Of a stretch of 64,000 nucleotides of DNA, positions 35,477 to 45,942 are shown piece after piece; position 1 is the first letter of the stretch, and every line of letters begins with the position of its first letter. The stretch is taken from positions 1 through 64,000 of the IMG/VR virus record IMGVR_UViG_3300027754_004232; one strand, given 5' to 3'. A model generated the notes under the pieces. That model made no database searches. It had not been told where the DNA came from and saw only the letters and a program-made list of their open reading frames with translations. Source of the DNA: a virus. The translations under genes were made by a program, and so were the position numbers.

Positions 35477-37393
35477 ATGAATTGGATACCATTGCATTGT
35501 CATACTCATTATAGTTTATTGGATGGATTAAGTAAGCCAGATCTTTTAGCAAAAAGATGCAAAGAGCTTGGATATACTTCATGTGCTATAACTGATCATG
35601 GAACTATATCTGGTGCTATTTCTTTTTCTAAAGCTTGTATTTCACAAGGTATAAAGCCAATTATTGGTTGTGAATTTTATATTTGTAAAAAACCAGCGAT
35701 AGAACAAAATAAAGAAAACTCAAGTTTGACCCATCTATGCGTTATTGCTAAGAATTTAAATGGATGGAAAAACTTAATTAATCTATCTTCTTTAGCCAAT
35801 TCTTTAGATTATTTTTATTATAAACCAAGATTAAACTTAAATGACTTTAAAGGAGTTTGCGGTGATCTAATTGCTTTCTCTGGTCACCCAGGAACCGATT
35901 TGGCAAACTGCTTATTTGAGGATTATAAAGAAGCATACAAAAGAACCGATTATGATGAAATAAAAGAAATGCTTAAGCCTAATTGGTTGAATGAAGCTGG
36001 AAACATTTGTTCGGAGTATACAGACATATTTGGGGCAGACAATTTTTTTGTAGAAATACAATTGTTTGATAGTTCTAATTTAGTTGCATCAAAAGTTATT
36101 GCGGAATGCTTGAGAGAACTTTGTGCTAAAACTGGAATTAAAAAAATAGCAACTCCAGATGTTCATTATGTTATGCCAGAAGATGCCCCTGATCAAAGGG
36201 TTTTGTTGTGTTCTTCAATGGAAACAACTTTAAAAAATGTAAATAGCAAATTAGAAAATAACGAAGAATTTGGACTTTCCGTATTCTTTAAATCAAATAG
36301 ATACTATCTTCCAACAATTGAAGAGATATCTAGCTTTCATGAAGAAGATGAAATAAGTAATTGCTGTTTAATTGATAGTTTATGTGAAAGTTATTCACTT
36401 ATAAAACAACCAGCCATACCAAACTTTGCTTGTCCAGATGGGCTTTCTCAGATCCTTTATTTGAGGAAGTTATGCAGAGATGGGTGGAATAGGCGTTTTT
36501 CTGAAATAAAGCCAAAAACAGATGAATACAAGGAATATACAGAGAGAATAAAGCATGAGCTTGAAGTTATAGATACTTCGGGTTTAGCTGGATACTTTTT
36601 AATTGTGCAGGACTATTGCAATTGGGCAAAGTCTAAGGGTTGGATTATGGGTAGAGGTAGGGGTTCTGGTGCTGGATGCATGATATCCTACCTTTTAGGA
36701 ATAACAGAAGTAGATCCAATTAAACATTCTCTTATATTTGAAAGATTTTATAATGCAGGAAGAAACTCTGCTGGTCGTATAAGTTTGCCAGATATTGACT
36801 GTGACTTTCCAATTACAAAGCGTGATAAGGTAATAGAATATATAAAGCAAAAGTATGGAAGTACCAATGTTTGTCAAATGATAACATTTAGTCGTATGCA
36901 GGGTCGTGGATCACTCAAAGATGTTCTTAGAGTTCACGGCTTTTCTTTTGAGGAAAGCAACAATGTAACAAAATATATTCCAGATGAATCAGAGATATCT
37001 GAACAGCTACAAGATATGAAAGATGAAGATGGAGATTCTTCAATAATAAGGTGGGCGTTAGAGAATATTCCTGATAGATTATCTGAGTATTGCAAGATTG
37101 AAAAGGATGGAACTTACTCTGGAAGATTAGCAAAGGAATTTGCACAAGCAATAAGATTAGAAGGAACAAAAAGGAGTCAAGGTAAACATGCTGCTGGTAT
37201 AGTTATTAGCAATATTCCATTATCAGAAGTATGCCCAATGACATTTGATAAAAAAACAAAACAAATGATAGCTGGTCTGGAAATGTCAGATTTAGAATCA
37301 ATTGGTATGGTTAAGTTTGACATACTTGGAGTTGCAGTTTTAGATAAGATAATGGGTTGTATAAATATTTTAAAGGGGAAACCAAATGAATGA
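35477..37393 (+). CDS. dnaE: DNA polymerase III alpha, N-terminal half (PHP, palm, thumb)
   Basis: LHCHTHYSLLDG, TDHG, GCE, DVHY, GRGSGAG, FERFYN, PDIDCD, HAAG, ends just after KFDILG. Confidence 0.92.
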   Translation: MNWIPLHCHTHYSLLDGLSKPDLLAKRCKELGYTSCAITDHGTISGAISFSKACISQGIKPIIGCEFYICKKPAIEQNKENSSLTHLCVIAKNLNGWKNLINLSSLANSLDYFYYKPRLNLNDFKGVCGDLIAFSGHPGTDLANCLFEDYKEAYKRTDYDEIKEMLKPNWLNEAGNICSEYTDIFGADNFFVEIQLFDSSNLVASKVIAECLRELCAKTGIKKIATPDVHYVMPEDAPDQRVLLCSSMETTLKNVNSKLENNEEFGLSVFFKSNRYYLPTIEEISSFHEEDEISNCCLIDSLCESYSLIKQPAIPNFACPDGLSQILYLRKLCRDGWNRRFSEIKPKTDEYKEYTERIKHELEVIDTSGLAGYFLIVQDYCNWAKSKGWIMGRGRGSGAGCMISYLLGITEVDPIKHSLIFERFYNAGRNSAGRISLPDIDCDFPITKRDKVIEYIKQKYGSTNVCQMITFSRMQGRGSLKDVLRVHGFSFEESNNVTKYIPDESEISEQLQDMKDEDGDSSIIRWALENIPDRLSEYCKIEKDGTYSGRLAKEFAQAIRLEGTKRSQGKHAAGIVISNIPLSEVCPMTFDKKTKQMIAGLEMSDLESIGMVKFDILGVAVLDKIMGCINILKGKPNE

Positions 37394-37667
37394 CAACTCT
37401 CTTGAAATATCTATAATAAGCAAATTAGTAGTTCAGCAAACAGCCTTGTTGGATGCTTTATCTGATTGTTCTTCTTTAAAGAAAGACCTTGTTAAACAGG
37501 CTAATAAACTATTAAAAGCGATAACAATTCAAAATGGAGGAATATTATTTATAGATAAGGATTTTTTAGATTCAGCAGAAGATGCGGAAGTTGAACTTAA
37601 AATACAGCAAAATGATGATGGATCAATAGAACTAACTATTAAAGGAGAAGAAGACGATGAAGAGTAA
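37386..37667 (+). CDS. Acidic hypothetical protein between the DnaE halves
   Basis: Coupled ORF. Confidence 0.5.
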   Translation: MNDNSLEISIISKLVVQQTALLDALSDCSSLKKDLVKQANKLLKAITIQNGGILFIDKDFLDSAEDAEVELKIQQNDDGSIELTIKGEEDDEE

Positions 37668-38295
37668 TACGATTATTGTTTTTGATTTTGAAACAGGATC
37701 TTTAGATACAAATACTTGTGAAGTTATTCAAATTGCTGCAAAGGCAATAAATAGGAAAACTCTTCAACCAATAGAAGGTGCGGTATTTAATAGTCTTGTA
37801 AAACCTAGAGACTTTAATAACTTACAAGAAGCAGCACTAGCAGTAAACAAAAAGACAAGAGAAGAACTTCAGCTTGCACCTAATCTTGATGTTGTTTGGA
37901 GTAGATTTATTGATTTTATATCTACTTTTGCAGTTGGTAAAAGTAATATATTAGCCCCTGTTCCAGCAGGAAAAAACATTAGATTTTTTGATATGCCGAT
38001 TTTTCAAAGAGTCTGTATTGAATTAGGATATGTTCAGCCAAATGCCACACAATCTTTCTTTAATAAAAGAAGCATGTTTGATCTAGATGAAATGATGCTG
38101 CTTTGGTTTGAAAATTCAGATGATATGCCTAATATGAAAATGGATACCATTAGAGATCATTTTGGAATGTCAAAGGCTAATGCTCATGATGCACTAGTTG
38201 ATGTTGAGCAAACAGCAGACTTAATCACATACTTCTTAAAACTACATAGATCAATATACCCAAAAGTTAAATTTAAAGACTCATTTAAGAAATAA
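37657..38295 (+). CDS. DEDDh 3'-5' exonuclease (DnaQ/epsilon-like)
   Basis: FDFETG, GKNIRFFD, HDALVD. Confidence 0.85.
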   Translation: MKSNTIIVFDFETGSLDTNTCEVIQIAAKAINRKTLQPIEGAVFNSLVKPRDFNNLQEAALAVNKKTREELQLAPNLDVVWSRFIDFISTFAVGKSNILAPVPAGKNIRFFDMPIFQRVCIELGYVQPNATQSFFNKRSMFDLDEMMLLWFENSDDMPNMKMDTIRDHFGMSKANAHDALVDVEQTADLITYFLKLHRSIYPKVKFKDSFKK

Positions 38296-38299
38296 TAAT

Positions 38300-39925
38300 A
38301 TGACAAAAACATACAAGTTTTCATGCGGTTGTAGTTTTCCAATAATTGGAGATCCTTTAACCAAAAATTCTTTGCCTCTAATGGAAGTAGACCCAACCAA
38401 TCTACCTTCTTGCGATATTGCTTGGGATATATTTTCTAGAGGCGATACAAAAGGAATTTTTCAATTAGAGTCAGATCTTGGAAAACAGTGGTCTAAGAAA
38501 TTAAGACCAAAGACTGTTGAACATTTAACTGCTCTTGGAGCACTGATAAGGCCAGGAGCTTTGCGTTCTGTTGACGATAAGGGCGTTAGTATGACCGCAC
38601 ATTATTGTCGTATTGTAAATGGAGAAGAACAGATTTCATCTTATCATCCTATTGTTGATGAAGCACTTAAATCAACATACGGATCGCTTGTTTTCCAAGA
38701 ACAGGCAATGGAACTTTCTAGGGTTATCGCTGGATTCACTTTACAAGAGGCAGATATGCTTCGTAAAGCAATGGGAAAGAAATCATCTAGCGAAATGGCA
38801 AAATGTAAAAAGATGTTTATTGAGGGTGCTAAAAAAATAGAGGTTGTTTCAGAAGATCAAGCCGAAGAAATATTTGGATGGATTGAACAGAGTCAAAAAT
38901 ATTCCTTTAATCGCAGTCACAGTTGTTGTTATGGTTTAATTGGATATGATACCGCTTATTTAAAGAGTCACTTTCCAGTTCAATTCTTTACTAGCTGGCT
39001 TTATTTTGCTAAAGACAAGGCAGATAGCCAACTTGAAATATCAGATCTAATTGAAGATGCAAAAAAATTTAACATAATTGTTGAGCCTCCAGATTTAATG
39101 ATGCTAAATAGCAATTTCTATACTGATGGAATATCAATTTGGTTTGGTATTACTGATGTAAAAGGAATTGGCCAATCTCAATTTGAAAAAATTAAGCTCG
39201 CTATAAATAATTATGGCAAAAGCATAGATTCTTGGGAAGAATTTGTTGTTAAATGTTCTGATGAAATGCCAAAATCAAGTATTGAAAAATTAATTGCTGT
39301 TAATGGACTAAGAAAATTTGGAAGCAAAAGGAAGGTTCTTCTTGCAGAATTTAATGCTTGGTGTGAATTAACAGATAAAGAAAGAGAATGGATAAAAGCC
39401 AATGCTGAAATCACTAACATATCAGATATGATTTTAAACTCAGCAAACACAAAAAAAGAAGGTGGTTGTTGTTCCTCAGTCAAAAGAGTTGAGGTTTTAA
39501 AAAGCATTGCCTCTATGATTAAAAATCCTCCTTCTCCATTAATAGATATTCCAAGTTGGGTTTGTTGGATTGAAAAGGACTCTTTAGGGATTTCTTTAAC
39601 ATATAATGCTACAGATTCCTGCGATACAAGTAGTTCAAATACTACATGCAAAGAATACTTAGATGGAAAGAATGGTTATATGGTTTTTGGTGTTGAAGTA
39701 AGAAGGTCTAAAGAAGTACTTACAAAAGCTGGAAAAACACCGGGATCTAGAATGGCATTTTTATCAATATCTGATGCTACTGGAAAAATAGATGATGTTA
39801 TCTGTTTTCCAAACTCGTACAAAGATTTTGCTTCTTTGTTAAAAGAGGGTAATACAGTCTTGATTCAAGGTGAACGAGACAAAAAAAGTGACTCTCTTTT
39901 AGTTAAAACTGTTGTTCAAATTTAG
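38300..39925 (+). CDS. dnaE: DNA polymerase III alpha, C-terminal half (fingers, HhH, OB)
   Basis: GIFQLES, ALIRPG, TYGSLVFQEQ, ADMLRKAMGKK, YSFNRSH, VKGIG, MAFLSISDATG. Confidence 0.92.
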   Translation: MTKTYKFSCGCSFPIIGDPLTKNSLPLMEVDPTNLPSCDIAWDIFSRGDTKGIFQLESDLGKQWSKKLRPKTVEHLTALGALIRPGALRSVDDKGVSMTAHYCRIVNGEEQISSYHPIVDEALKSTYGSLVFQEQAMELSRVIAGFTLQEADMLRKAMGKKSSSEMAKCKKMFIEGAKKIEVVSEDQAEEIFGWIEQSQKYSFNRSHSCCYGLIGYDTAYLKSHFPVQFFTSWLYFAKDKADSQLEISDLIEDAKKFNIIVEPPDLMMLNSNFYTDGISIWFGITDVKGIGQSQFEKIKLAINNYGKSIDSWEEFVVKCSDEMPKSSIEKLIAVNGLRKFGSKRKVLLAEFNAWCELTDKEREWIKANAEITNISDMILNSANTKKEGGCCSSVKRVEVLKSIASMIKNPPSPLIDIPSWVCWIEKDSLGISLTYNATDSCDTSSSNTTCKEYLDGKNGYMVFGVEVRRSKEVLTKAGKTPGSRMAFLSISDATGKIDDVICFPNSYKDFASLLKEGNTVLIQGERDKKSDSLLVKTVVQI

Positions 39926-39934
39926 GAGATAGAA

Positions 39935-40318
39935 ATGAATATTTGTTCTTTCCTTGGCAAGCTAACTAGAGAACCAGAACTTATAAAATTAAACAACGGA
40001 AAATCTGTTGTTAACTTTTGTATTTCGGTTAGAAACCCATCTAAAAATCAAGAAAAACCAGAAATGACTTTTATTGATTGTGTTGCTTGGGAAAAAACTG
40101 CTGATTTGATTGGTAAGTATTTTAAAAAAGGTTCTAGAATTTTGGTGCATACTTCTGCTAAAACAGAAAGTTGGGTAGATAAAGAAAATGGCAAAAACAG
40201 GCATAAAATTAAATTTATAGTTCAAAAATTTTGGTATGTAGATCAGAAATCAAACGATGAAGAAGAACAAACGGAAGTATTTGTAGAAGAAGAAGATTTT
40301 GGCAATCAAATACTATAG
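39935..40318 (+). CDS. ssb: Single-stranded DNA-binding protein
   Basis: GKLTREPEL, FIDCVAWEKTA, YFKKGS, acidic tail. Confidence 0.9.
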   Translation: MNICSFLGKLTREPELIKLNNGKSVVNFCISVRNPSKNQEKPEMTFIDCVAWEKTADLIGKYFKKGSRILVHTSAKTESWVDKENGKNRHKIKFIVQKFWYVDQKSNDEEEQTEVFVEEEDFGNQIL

Positions 40319-40326
40319 GAATTAAA

Positions 40327-41826
40327 ATGTCAAAAAAACGAATACTCCTGTGCGGTGAAGCTACATTTATAAACTCTGGATATGCCAACTATGGTTGCCA
40401 GATTATGAATAGGCTTTATCAAACAGGAGAATTTGAATTGGCAGAAATAGGGTGTTTTGGTAAAGATCATTCATCAGTTCCAAAACCACCTTGGAAAATA
40501 TACTATCCAAAGGAAGATAATGGGGCTGGAAGATTCGGATCTTCTATTTTTGAAGATGTTCTTCTGGAATTTAAACCAGATGTAGTATGGTCTTTTAGAG
40601 ATCCTTGGATTGATGATTTTATTGGAGATTCGCCTTACAAGAGACATTTTCATTGGGCTTATATGCCAACCATTGATTCTATTCCACTAGATCCAGAATG
40701 GATATACACATTAACTAAGGCAGATTCCATATTTACATATTCAGATTGGGCATTAGATATACTTAAAGAAAATTACCCAAATTTAAATTTAATTTCTTCT
40801 GCATCTCCAGCAGCAGACGAAGTATTTACAATGATTAAAGACAAGAAAGAATTTAAAAAATCTCATGGCTTAGATCCAGACTGTTTAATAATCGGTTCTG
40901 TTATGAGAAATCAAAAAAGAAAACTTATTCCAGATCTTTTTGATGCATTTGAAATGTTGTTGGATCAAGCACCAAAAGAGATATCTTCAAAATTAATTCT
41001 ATATATGCACACTACTTATCCAGATGTTGGTTGGGATATACCAAAATTAATAGCAGAAAGACCAAAAATATCAAAAAAATTATTCTTTACATATAGTTGT
41101 AGAGTTTGTTTTAACATATCAATATCAAATTTTAATGGTGCAATTATACAATGCAATCATTGCAAAAAAACATCTTCTTTGTTTCCTAATACAAGTTCTG
41201 GTGCAAAAAGAGACTCTATGGCAATGGTGTATAATCTAATGGATCTATATGTTCAGTATTCTTGTGCAGAAGGGTTTGGAATGCCATTAGTTGAAGCAGC
41301 TTCTTGTGGAGTTCCTATTTGTGCTACAGATTATAGTGCCATGTACGATATAGTTAGAAAACTTGATGGTTTTCCAATAAAGGTACAGAGAATGCATTAT
41401 GAGGTTGAAACACATAGAAAGTTTGCACTACCAGACAATCAAAATTTTGTAGATATTTGTATTAAATATTTTAAACAGCCAGAATCAGTAAGAAAGTTTA
41501 AGTCTAATAAAACATTAAATTTAGCAAAAGAAAAATATAGTTATGATGCTGTTTCAGAAAAGTTAAAAAATCACTTTTTATCTATACCAAGCTCAAATAC
41601 ATGGAATGAACCAAAAAGGTATATGAGTATATCTTCACAAATATTATTTGAAAATAATTCAGATTTTTTAAAACAGTTGCTAAAATGTTTTAATGATGAT
41701 TTTTCTCTTTTGTTTTCAAAGTTTTTAAAAAAAATGAATTACAACATGTCTTCTAAAGAAGATGTATGCAAGGAAGTAGAAAAAATAGTATCTAAATATA
41801 ACCATTATGAATCTATAAGGAACTAG
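40327..41826 (+). CDS. GT4 glycosyltransferase with inserted zinc-ribbon-like CxxC pairs
   Basis: SGYANY, MRNQKRK, CRVC..CNHC, AEGFGMPLVEAASCG. Confidence 0.85.
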   Translation: MSKKRILLCGEATFINSGYANYGCQIMNRLYQTGEFELAEIGCFGKDHSSVPKPPWKIYYPKEDNGAGRFGSSIFEDVLLEFKPDVVWSFRDPWIDDFIGDSPYKRHFHWAYMPTIDSIPLDPEWIYTLTKADSIFTYSDWALDILKENYPNLNLISSASPAADEVFTMIKDKKEFKKSHGLDPDCLIIGSVMRNQKRKLIPDLFDAFEMLLDQAPKEISSKLILYMHTTYPDVGWDIPKLIAERPKISKKLFFTYSCRVCFNISISNFNGAIIQCNHCKKTSSLFPNTSSGAKRDSMAMVYNLMDLYVQYSCAEGFGMPLVEAASCGVPICATDYSAMYDIVRKLDGFPIKVQRMHYEVETHRKFALPDNQNFVDICIKYFKQPESVRKFKSNKTLNLAKEKYSYDAVSEKLKNHFLSIPSSNTWNEPKRYMSISSQILFENNSDFLKQLLKCFNDDFSLLFSKFLKKMNYNMSSKEDVCKEVEKIVSKYNHYESIRN

Positions 41827-41827
41827 A

Positions 41828-42967
41828 ATGAAAGTTCTTTACATTGGAAATTACAGAGATGGAACTGGATATGGTCAAGCTGCTGAAGATTATATATTAT
41901 CTTTAGATTCAGTTGGCGTAAATGTTGTTTGTAGACCATTGAAGTTCAATGAATTAAATCACACGCCACACAAAAGAGTAGAAGAGTTAGAAAAAAAATC
42001 GATAGATAATTGTAATGTTGTTATTCAACACACTCTTCCAACTCATATGCAATATGATTCAAATTTTGATTTAAATATAGCACTTTTTGCTCATGAAACA
42101 TCTTCATTTAGAATGGCTGGCTGGCAAAACCATTTAAATAATATGGATTGTTGTGTTGTTATAAATAATGAAATGATTGAATCATGCAGAAATAGTGGAG
42201 TAAAAGTTCCAATATATGTTGTTCCTCATGCTAGAGATTTTTCTATTTATACTGAAAAATTTGAAAAGTTAAAACAGATAGAAGACAATACTTTTAAAAA
42301 TGATTTTATCTTTTATACTATTGGAGAACAGAAAAGAAGAAAGAATTTATCGTCATTATTAAAAGCATATTTTTTAGAGTTTTCAAGAGATGAAAATGTT
42401 TGCTTAATAGTAAAAACAAATCACGATGACAAAGAAGACTTTGTTAAATACTGCAATTCTATTTCCTCTGGACTTAATGTCAAAAGACCACCTAGAGTAT
42501 TTTGTATAAAAGAAAGATTATCAAATAACGCTATATATAAACTGCATAATTCATGCGATGCTTTTGTACAAGCATCTTATGGTGAAGCTTGGAGTATACC
42601 AGCATTTGATGCAATGGGTTTTGGAAAGACACCTATTGTAACTAATTGCTCTGGTTACAAAGACTATTTGAATGACAATGTTGGATGGATGGTTGATTGC
42701 CATAAGGAATTTGTTTTCGGTCAAGAAAGGATTCTTAATGGCATTTACGATGGTTCTGAATATTGGTGGTCAATTGATATTCATGACTTAAGAAGGAAGA
42801 TGAGAGATTGTTATTCGATGGAGGATATCAGAAAATCTAAGGCTACTTCTGCTTTAGATCGTGCCTACGAATTCTCCCACGAAAAAGTGGGTTTAAAATT
42901 TTTAAAGGTGATCAAACATGCCTCCAAAAAAGAAAAAACAAACTTGGGTAGACATTGCAAACTATAA
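41828..42967 (+). CDS. GT4 glycosyltransferase
   Basis: TGYGQA, RRKNL, SYGEAWSIPAFDAMGFG. Confidence 0.85.
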   Translation: MKVLYIGNYRDGTGYGQAAEDYILSLDSVGVNVVCRPLKFNELNHTPHKRVEELEKKSIDNCNVVIQHTLPTHMQYDSNFDLNIALFAHETSSFRMAGWQNHLNNMDCCVVINNEMIESCRNSGVKVPIYVVPHARDFSIYTEKFEKLKQIEDNTFKNDFIFYTIGEQKRRKNLSSLLKAYFLEFSRDENVCLIVKTNHDDKEDFVKYCNSISSGLNVKRPPRVFCIKERLSNNAIYKLHNSCDAFVQASYGEAWSIPAFDAMGFGKTPIVTNCSGYKDYLNDNVGWMVDCHKEFVFGQERILNGIYDGSEYWWSIDIHDLRRKMRDCYSMEDIRKSKATSALDRAYEFSHEKVGLKFLKVIKHASKKEKTNLGRHCKL

Positions 42968-43652
42968 AGAAGAACCAACAGAACTTTCTTGGAAGGAAGA
43001 AAGAGATAAGTCAGTTGAAGAAGAAAAGACGAATCAAATAAAAGGAAAAACAAAAAATCAAGATATTTATATAGAAGCAATTGAAAAACACACGCTTACA
43101 ATATGTTCTGGTCCTGCTGGTGCAGGGAAAACATTTATAGCTTGTGGTGTTGCTGCTGGATTGTTGATGCAGAAAAAAATAGAAAAAATTATTATAGCTA
43201 GACCATTAATTGAATGCGGGCAAAAGATTGGTGCTTTTCCAGGCGATTTAAAAGAAAAAACTGAACCTTTTATGGTTGCCATGCTTGAGGCAATCGGTAA
43301 TTTTGTAACAAAAACAAAAATGAAAGCAATAAGAAATGATCAGATATTAGAAATATGTCCTCTTGAATTAATGAGAGGAAGAACATTTAATGACTCTATG
43401 ATTATTTTAGATGAAGCACAAAATGCCACAAGACGGCAATTAAAAATGTTTTTAACTAGGTTTGGTCAAAATTCAAAAGTTGTTGTTTGTGGTGATCACA
43501 CACAAACAGACTTGCCTCACTACGAAGGAAATACTATGGAGTGGATTTTAGAAAAACTTAATCATAAAGATATTGCTAAAGTGTTCCTGACTGGTGATGA
43601 TATACAAAGGCATGGGCTTATTAAATATATCGTTGAGCAGTTAGGGGAATAA
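42918..43652 (+). CDS. phoH: PhoH-family ATPase
   Basis: GPAGAGKT, ARP, PGDLKEK, MRGRTF, LDEAQN, MFLTRFG, GDHTQTD, QRH. Confidence 0.92.
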   Translation: MPPKKKKQTWVDIANYKEEPTELSWKEERDKSVEEEKTNQIKGKTKNQDIYIEAIEKHTLTICSGPAGAGKTFIACGVAAGLLMQKKIEKIIIARPLIECGQKIGAFPGDLKEKTEPFMVAMLEAIGNFVTKTKMKAIRNDQILEICPLELMRGRTFNDSMIILDEAQNATRRQLKMFLTRFGQNSKVVVCGDHTQTDLPHYEGNTMEWILEKLNHKDIAKVFLTGDDIQRHGLIKYIVEQLGE

Positions 43653-44648
43653 ATGCATTCTGCATTAAGTAATATAATAAGGTCATCCACTAGAAAAAGT
43701 GGGGATAGACTTAAGATACTTACATTTTCAACGCATGAAAGATATCAGTCTAATATGGCTGATATCAATGCTGATTTTTGGGTCATAAACAATCCAAAAA
43801 TTAAAGCTTGGAATACTCAATATGCAGAAGTTCCAAAAAACCATAAGCTATTAAATAATATAGATAAAATATCTGATATTCCAAACTATCTAGTTTTTGA
43901 TGCTATTTTAAGCCATGAAAAATTTATGCAATTTAATATAGCATCGATTATATCTAAACATTTACACATACCATTAATATGCCTAGAACATGTATGCATG
44001 ACAGAAACAAGAACTTCATTAAAGAAAAAACTTGGCAATACAAATATATTTATTTCTGAATATTCTGTAAAATCTTGGGATTTTAAGGAAGAACATGAAG
44101 TTATTAATCATGGGGTTGACACTAAGGTTTTTAACAATAAAAAAATAAAAAGAGAAAACAACATTTTGAGTGTCGTTAATGATTGGCAAAATAGAGATTA
44201 TGAATGTGGATTTACATTGTGGCAGACAATAACCAAGGATATGCCAGTAGTTGTAATTGGCAATAATCCTGATCTTTCTGAACCAGCTAAAAATATCGAT
44301 GATTTAGTTAATGGCTATAATAGATCTAGTATATTTTTAAACACATCAATATTTAGTCCGCTACCAACTACTTTAATAGAAGCTATGGCATGTGGTTGTT
44401 GTGTTGTTACTACTGCAAATGGTATGTGTCCAGAGATAATTAAAAATGGCGTAAATGGATTTATTTCAAATGATGAAGAAGAACTTAAATTGTTTTTGAA
44501 TAATTGTTTGGAAGATCCTTCTTTGTGCAGAAAAATGGGAGAAGAAGCAAGAAAAACAATAGTTGAAAATTTTTCTTTAAAATCTTTTACGAATAGATGG
44601 AATGAAGTTTTACAGAAGGCAGTAACCAAAAACTGGTGGGAACTATGA
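43653..44648 (+). CDS. GT4 glycosyltransferase
   Basis: THERY, HGVD, FLNTS..SPLPTTLIEAMACG, NGVNGF. Confidence 0.85.
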   Translation: MHSALSNIIRSSTRKSGDRLKILTFSTHERYQSNMADINADFWVINNPKIKAWNTQYAEVPKNHKLLNNIDKISDIPNYLVFDAILSHEKFMQFNIASIISKHLHIPLICLEHVCMTETRTSLKKKLGNTNIFISEYSVKSWDFKEEHEVINHGVDTKVFNNKKIKRENNILSVVNDWQNRDYECGFTLWQTITKDMPVVVIGNNPDLSEPAKNIDDLVNGYNRSSIFLNTSIFSPLPTTLIEAMACGCCVVTTANGMCPEIIKNGVNGFISNDEEELKLFLNNCLEDPSLCRKMGEEARKTIVENFSLKSFTNRWNEVLQKAVTKNWWEL

Positions 44649-45124
44649 AAATAAATATAGGAATACCATTCTTTATAGAAGATGTTGAAGATAGTGAGTT
44701 TACATATATAAGCCCATTTCCAACATCGTCTAATAGTGTTTTGTATTGTCATTATCAAGATTTAAGTAAAATTGCAGATGATGGTGAGTTAGATGCTATC
44801 TCTTGCAAAAGAGTTTTAAATTTTATAAGTCATTTAGAAATAAAAGACACTATTAAACATTGGTGCAAAAAATTAAAGCATGAAGGAAAATTATTTCTAT
44901 TTTTTGAAGATATTATTGAATTATGTAGATTGGTAACAATTGGAACTATTAAAGAAGAAGATATTTCACAATATATTTATGGCGGTCAAGAAGAAGGATG
45001 GAATTTTAAAAAATCTGGATTTACAATACCTTTTATAAAAAATATACTTGTAGAAAATGATATGATAATAGAGAATGTCAAGCTTGACTCATTTTATTGC
45101 TATATAGAATCAAGGAGAAAATAA
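44645..45124 (+). CDS. Degenerate methyltransferase-like protein
   Basis: DGELDAI, W.KKLKHEGKL, IYGGQ; glycine-rich SAM motif eroded. Confidence 0.5.
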   Translation: MKINIGIPFFIEDVEDSEFTYISPFPTSSNSVLYCHYQDLSKIADDGELDAISCKRVLNFISHLEIKDTIKHWCKKLKHEGKLFLFFEDIIELCRLVTIGTIKEEDISQYIYGGQEEGWNFKKSGFTIPFIKNILVENDMIIENVKLDSFYCYIESRRK

Positions 45125-45942
45125 TGCTAGGAAGTGTTCATACATCATGTAAAGATTGTGCGTTTGCCATTTATTCTGATAAAACTCAAACAGATTGCTC
45201 TTTTGATAAAATAAAAAAGCTTAAAGAAAATGGTGTTGCTGTAGATGAATCGTTTGATGAAGAAAAGGAATTTTTTGTAATTAATAATCATGCTTGCATG
45301 ACATATAGACCAATATCTTTTTTAGAAGGAAAAACATTTGAAGAAGCAAAGCAAAGTGCTAGAGAAAGATGTTCAGTTAGAGTCGGCTGTTTAGTTATGA
45401 TAAAAGAAAGCGAAGAAAATTTAATTAGAATTATAGATAGTATTTGCAATCAAACCAAACAATTTAGCGAAGTAATTTTTTGTGCTAATCCAGAAGTTCA
45501 ACCATCAAAAATAATGAAAGTTCTTAATGATAAAAAAGTAACATTTAAATGGTCTATTAGGCATATAGTTGATGGTGAATATGTTGGTGATGTTTCTATG
45601 AATGTAGCAATGCAAAAAACAAATTGCATATACATGTCTGTTTTCACCTCCGATTTTATTATACCAAATAGATTTGTAGAAGAAATTGATATTGCCTTGA
45701 ATGACAACATGCAAAGATTCCTATTGTTAGAACCGATTGATTCTCAGAACAATGGTCTTACTTTTCAATCTTTTATATTTAATTTCTTGCGTGGAAACGA
45801 AGAAGCTGTTGTTGATGATGATTCAGAAAAACCAGCAAACACTATTGTTGAAAAAATAAAATATATTGCAACAACGCAAAACCTTACTTCCATGATTAAA
45901 AAGTGTGAAGACATATGTCCATGCATAATAAGCCAAGGGTAA
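45124..45942 (+). CDS. Glycosyltransferase-like protein with N-terminal Cys motif
   Basis: TSCKDCAFA..C..C; divergent GT2-like SICNQT. Confidence 0.45.
   Translation: MLGSVHTSCKDCAFAIYSDKTQTDCSFDKIKKLKENGVAVDESFDEEKEFFVINNHACMTYRPISFLEGKTFEEAKQSARERCSVRVGCLVMIKESEENLIRIIDSICNQTKQFSEVIFCANPEVQPSKIMKVLNDKKVTFKWSIRHIVDGEYVGDVSMNVAMQKTNCIYMSVFTSDFIIPNRFVEEIDIALNDNMQRFLLLEPIDSQNNGLTFQSFIFNFLRGNEEAVVDDDSEKPANTIVEKIKYIATTQNLTSMIKKCEDICPCIISQG

Noticed and set aside
37394-38299. Group I intron or split intein joining the DnaE halves
   Set aside because: The interval is fully coding with coupled ORFs, has no intron core, and neither half has intein blocks.
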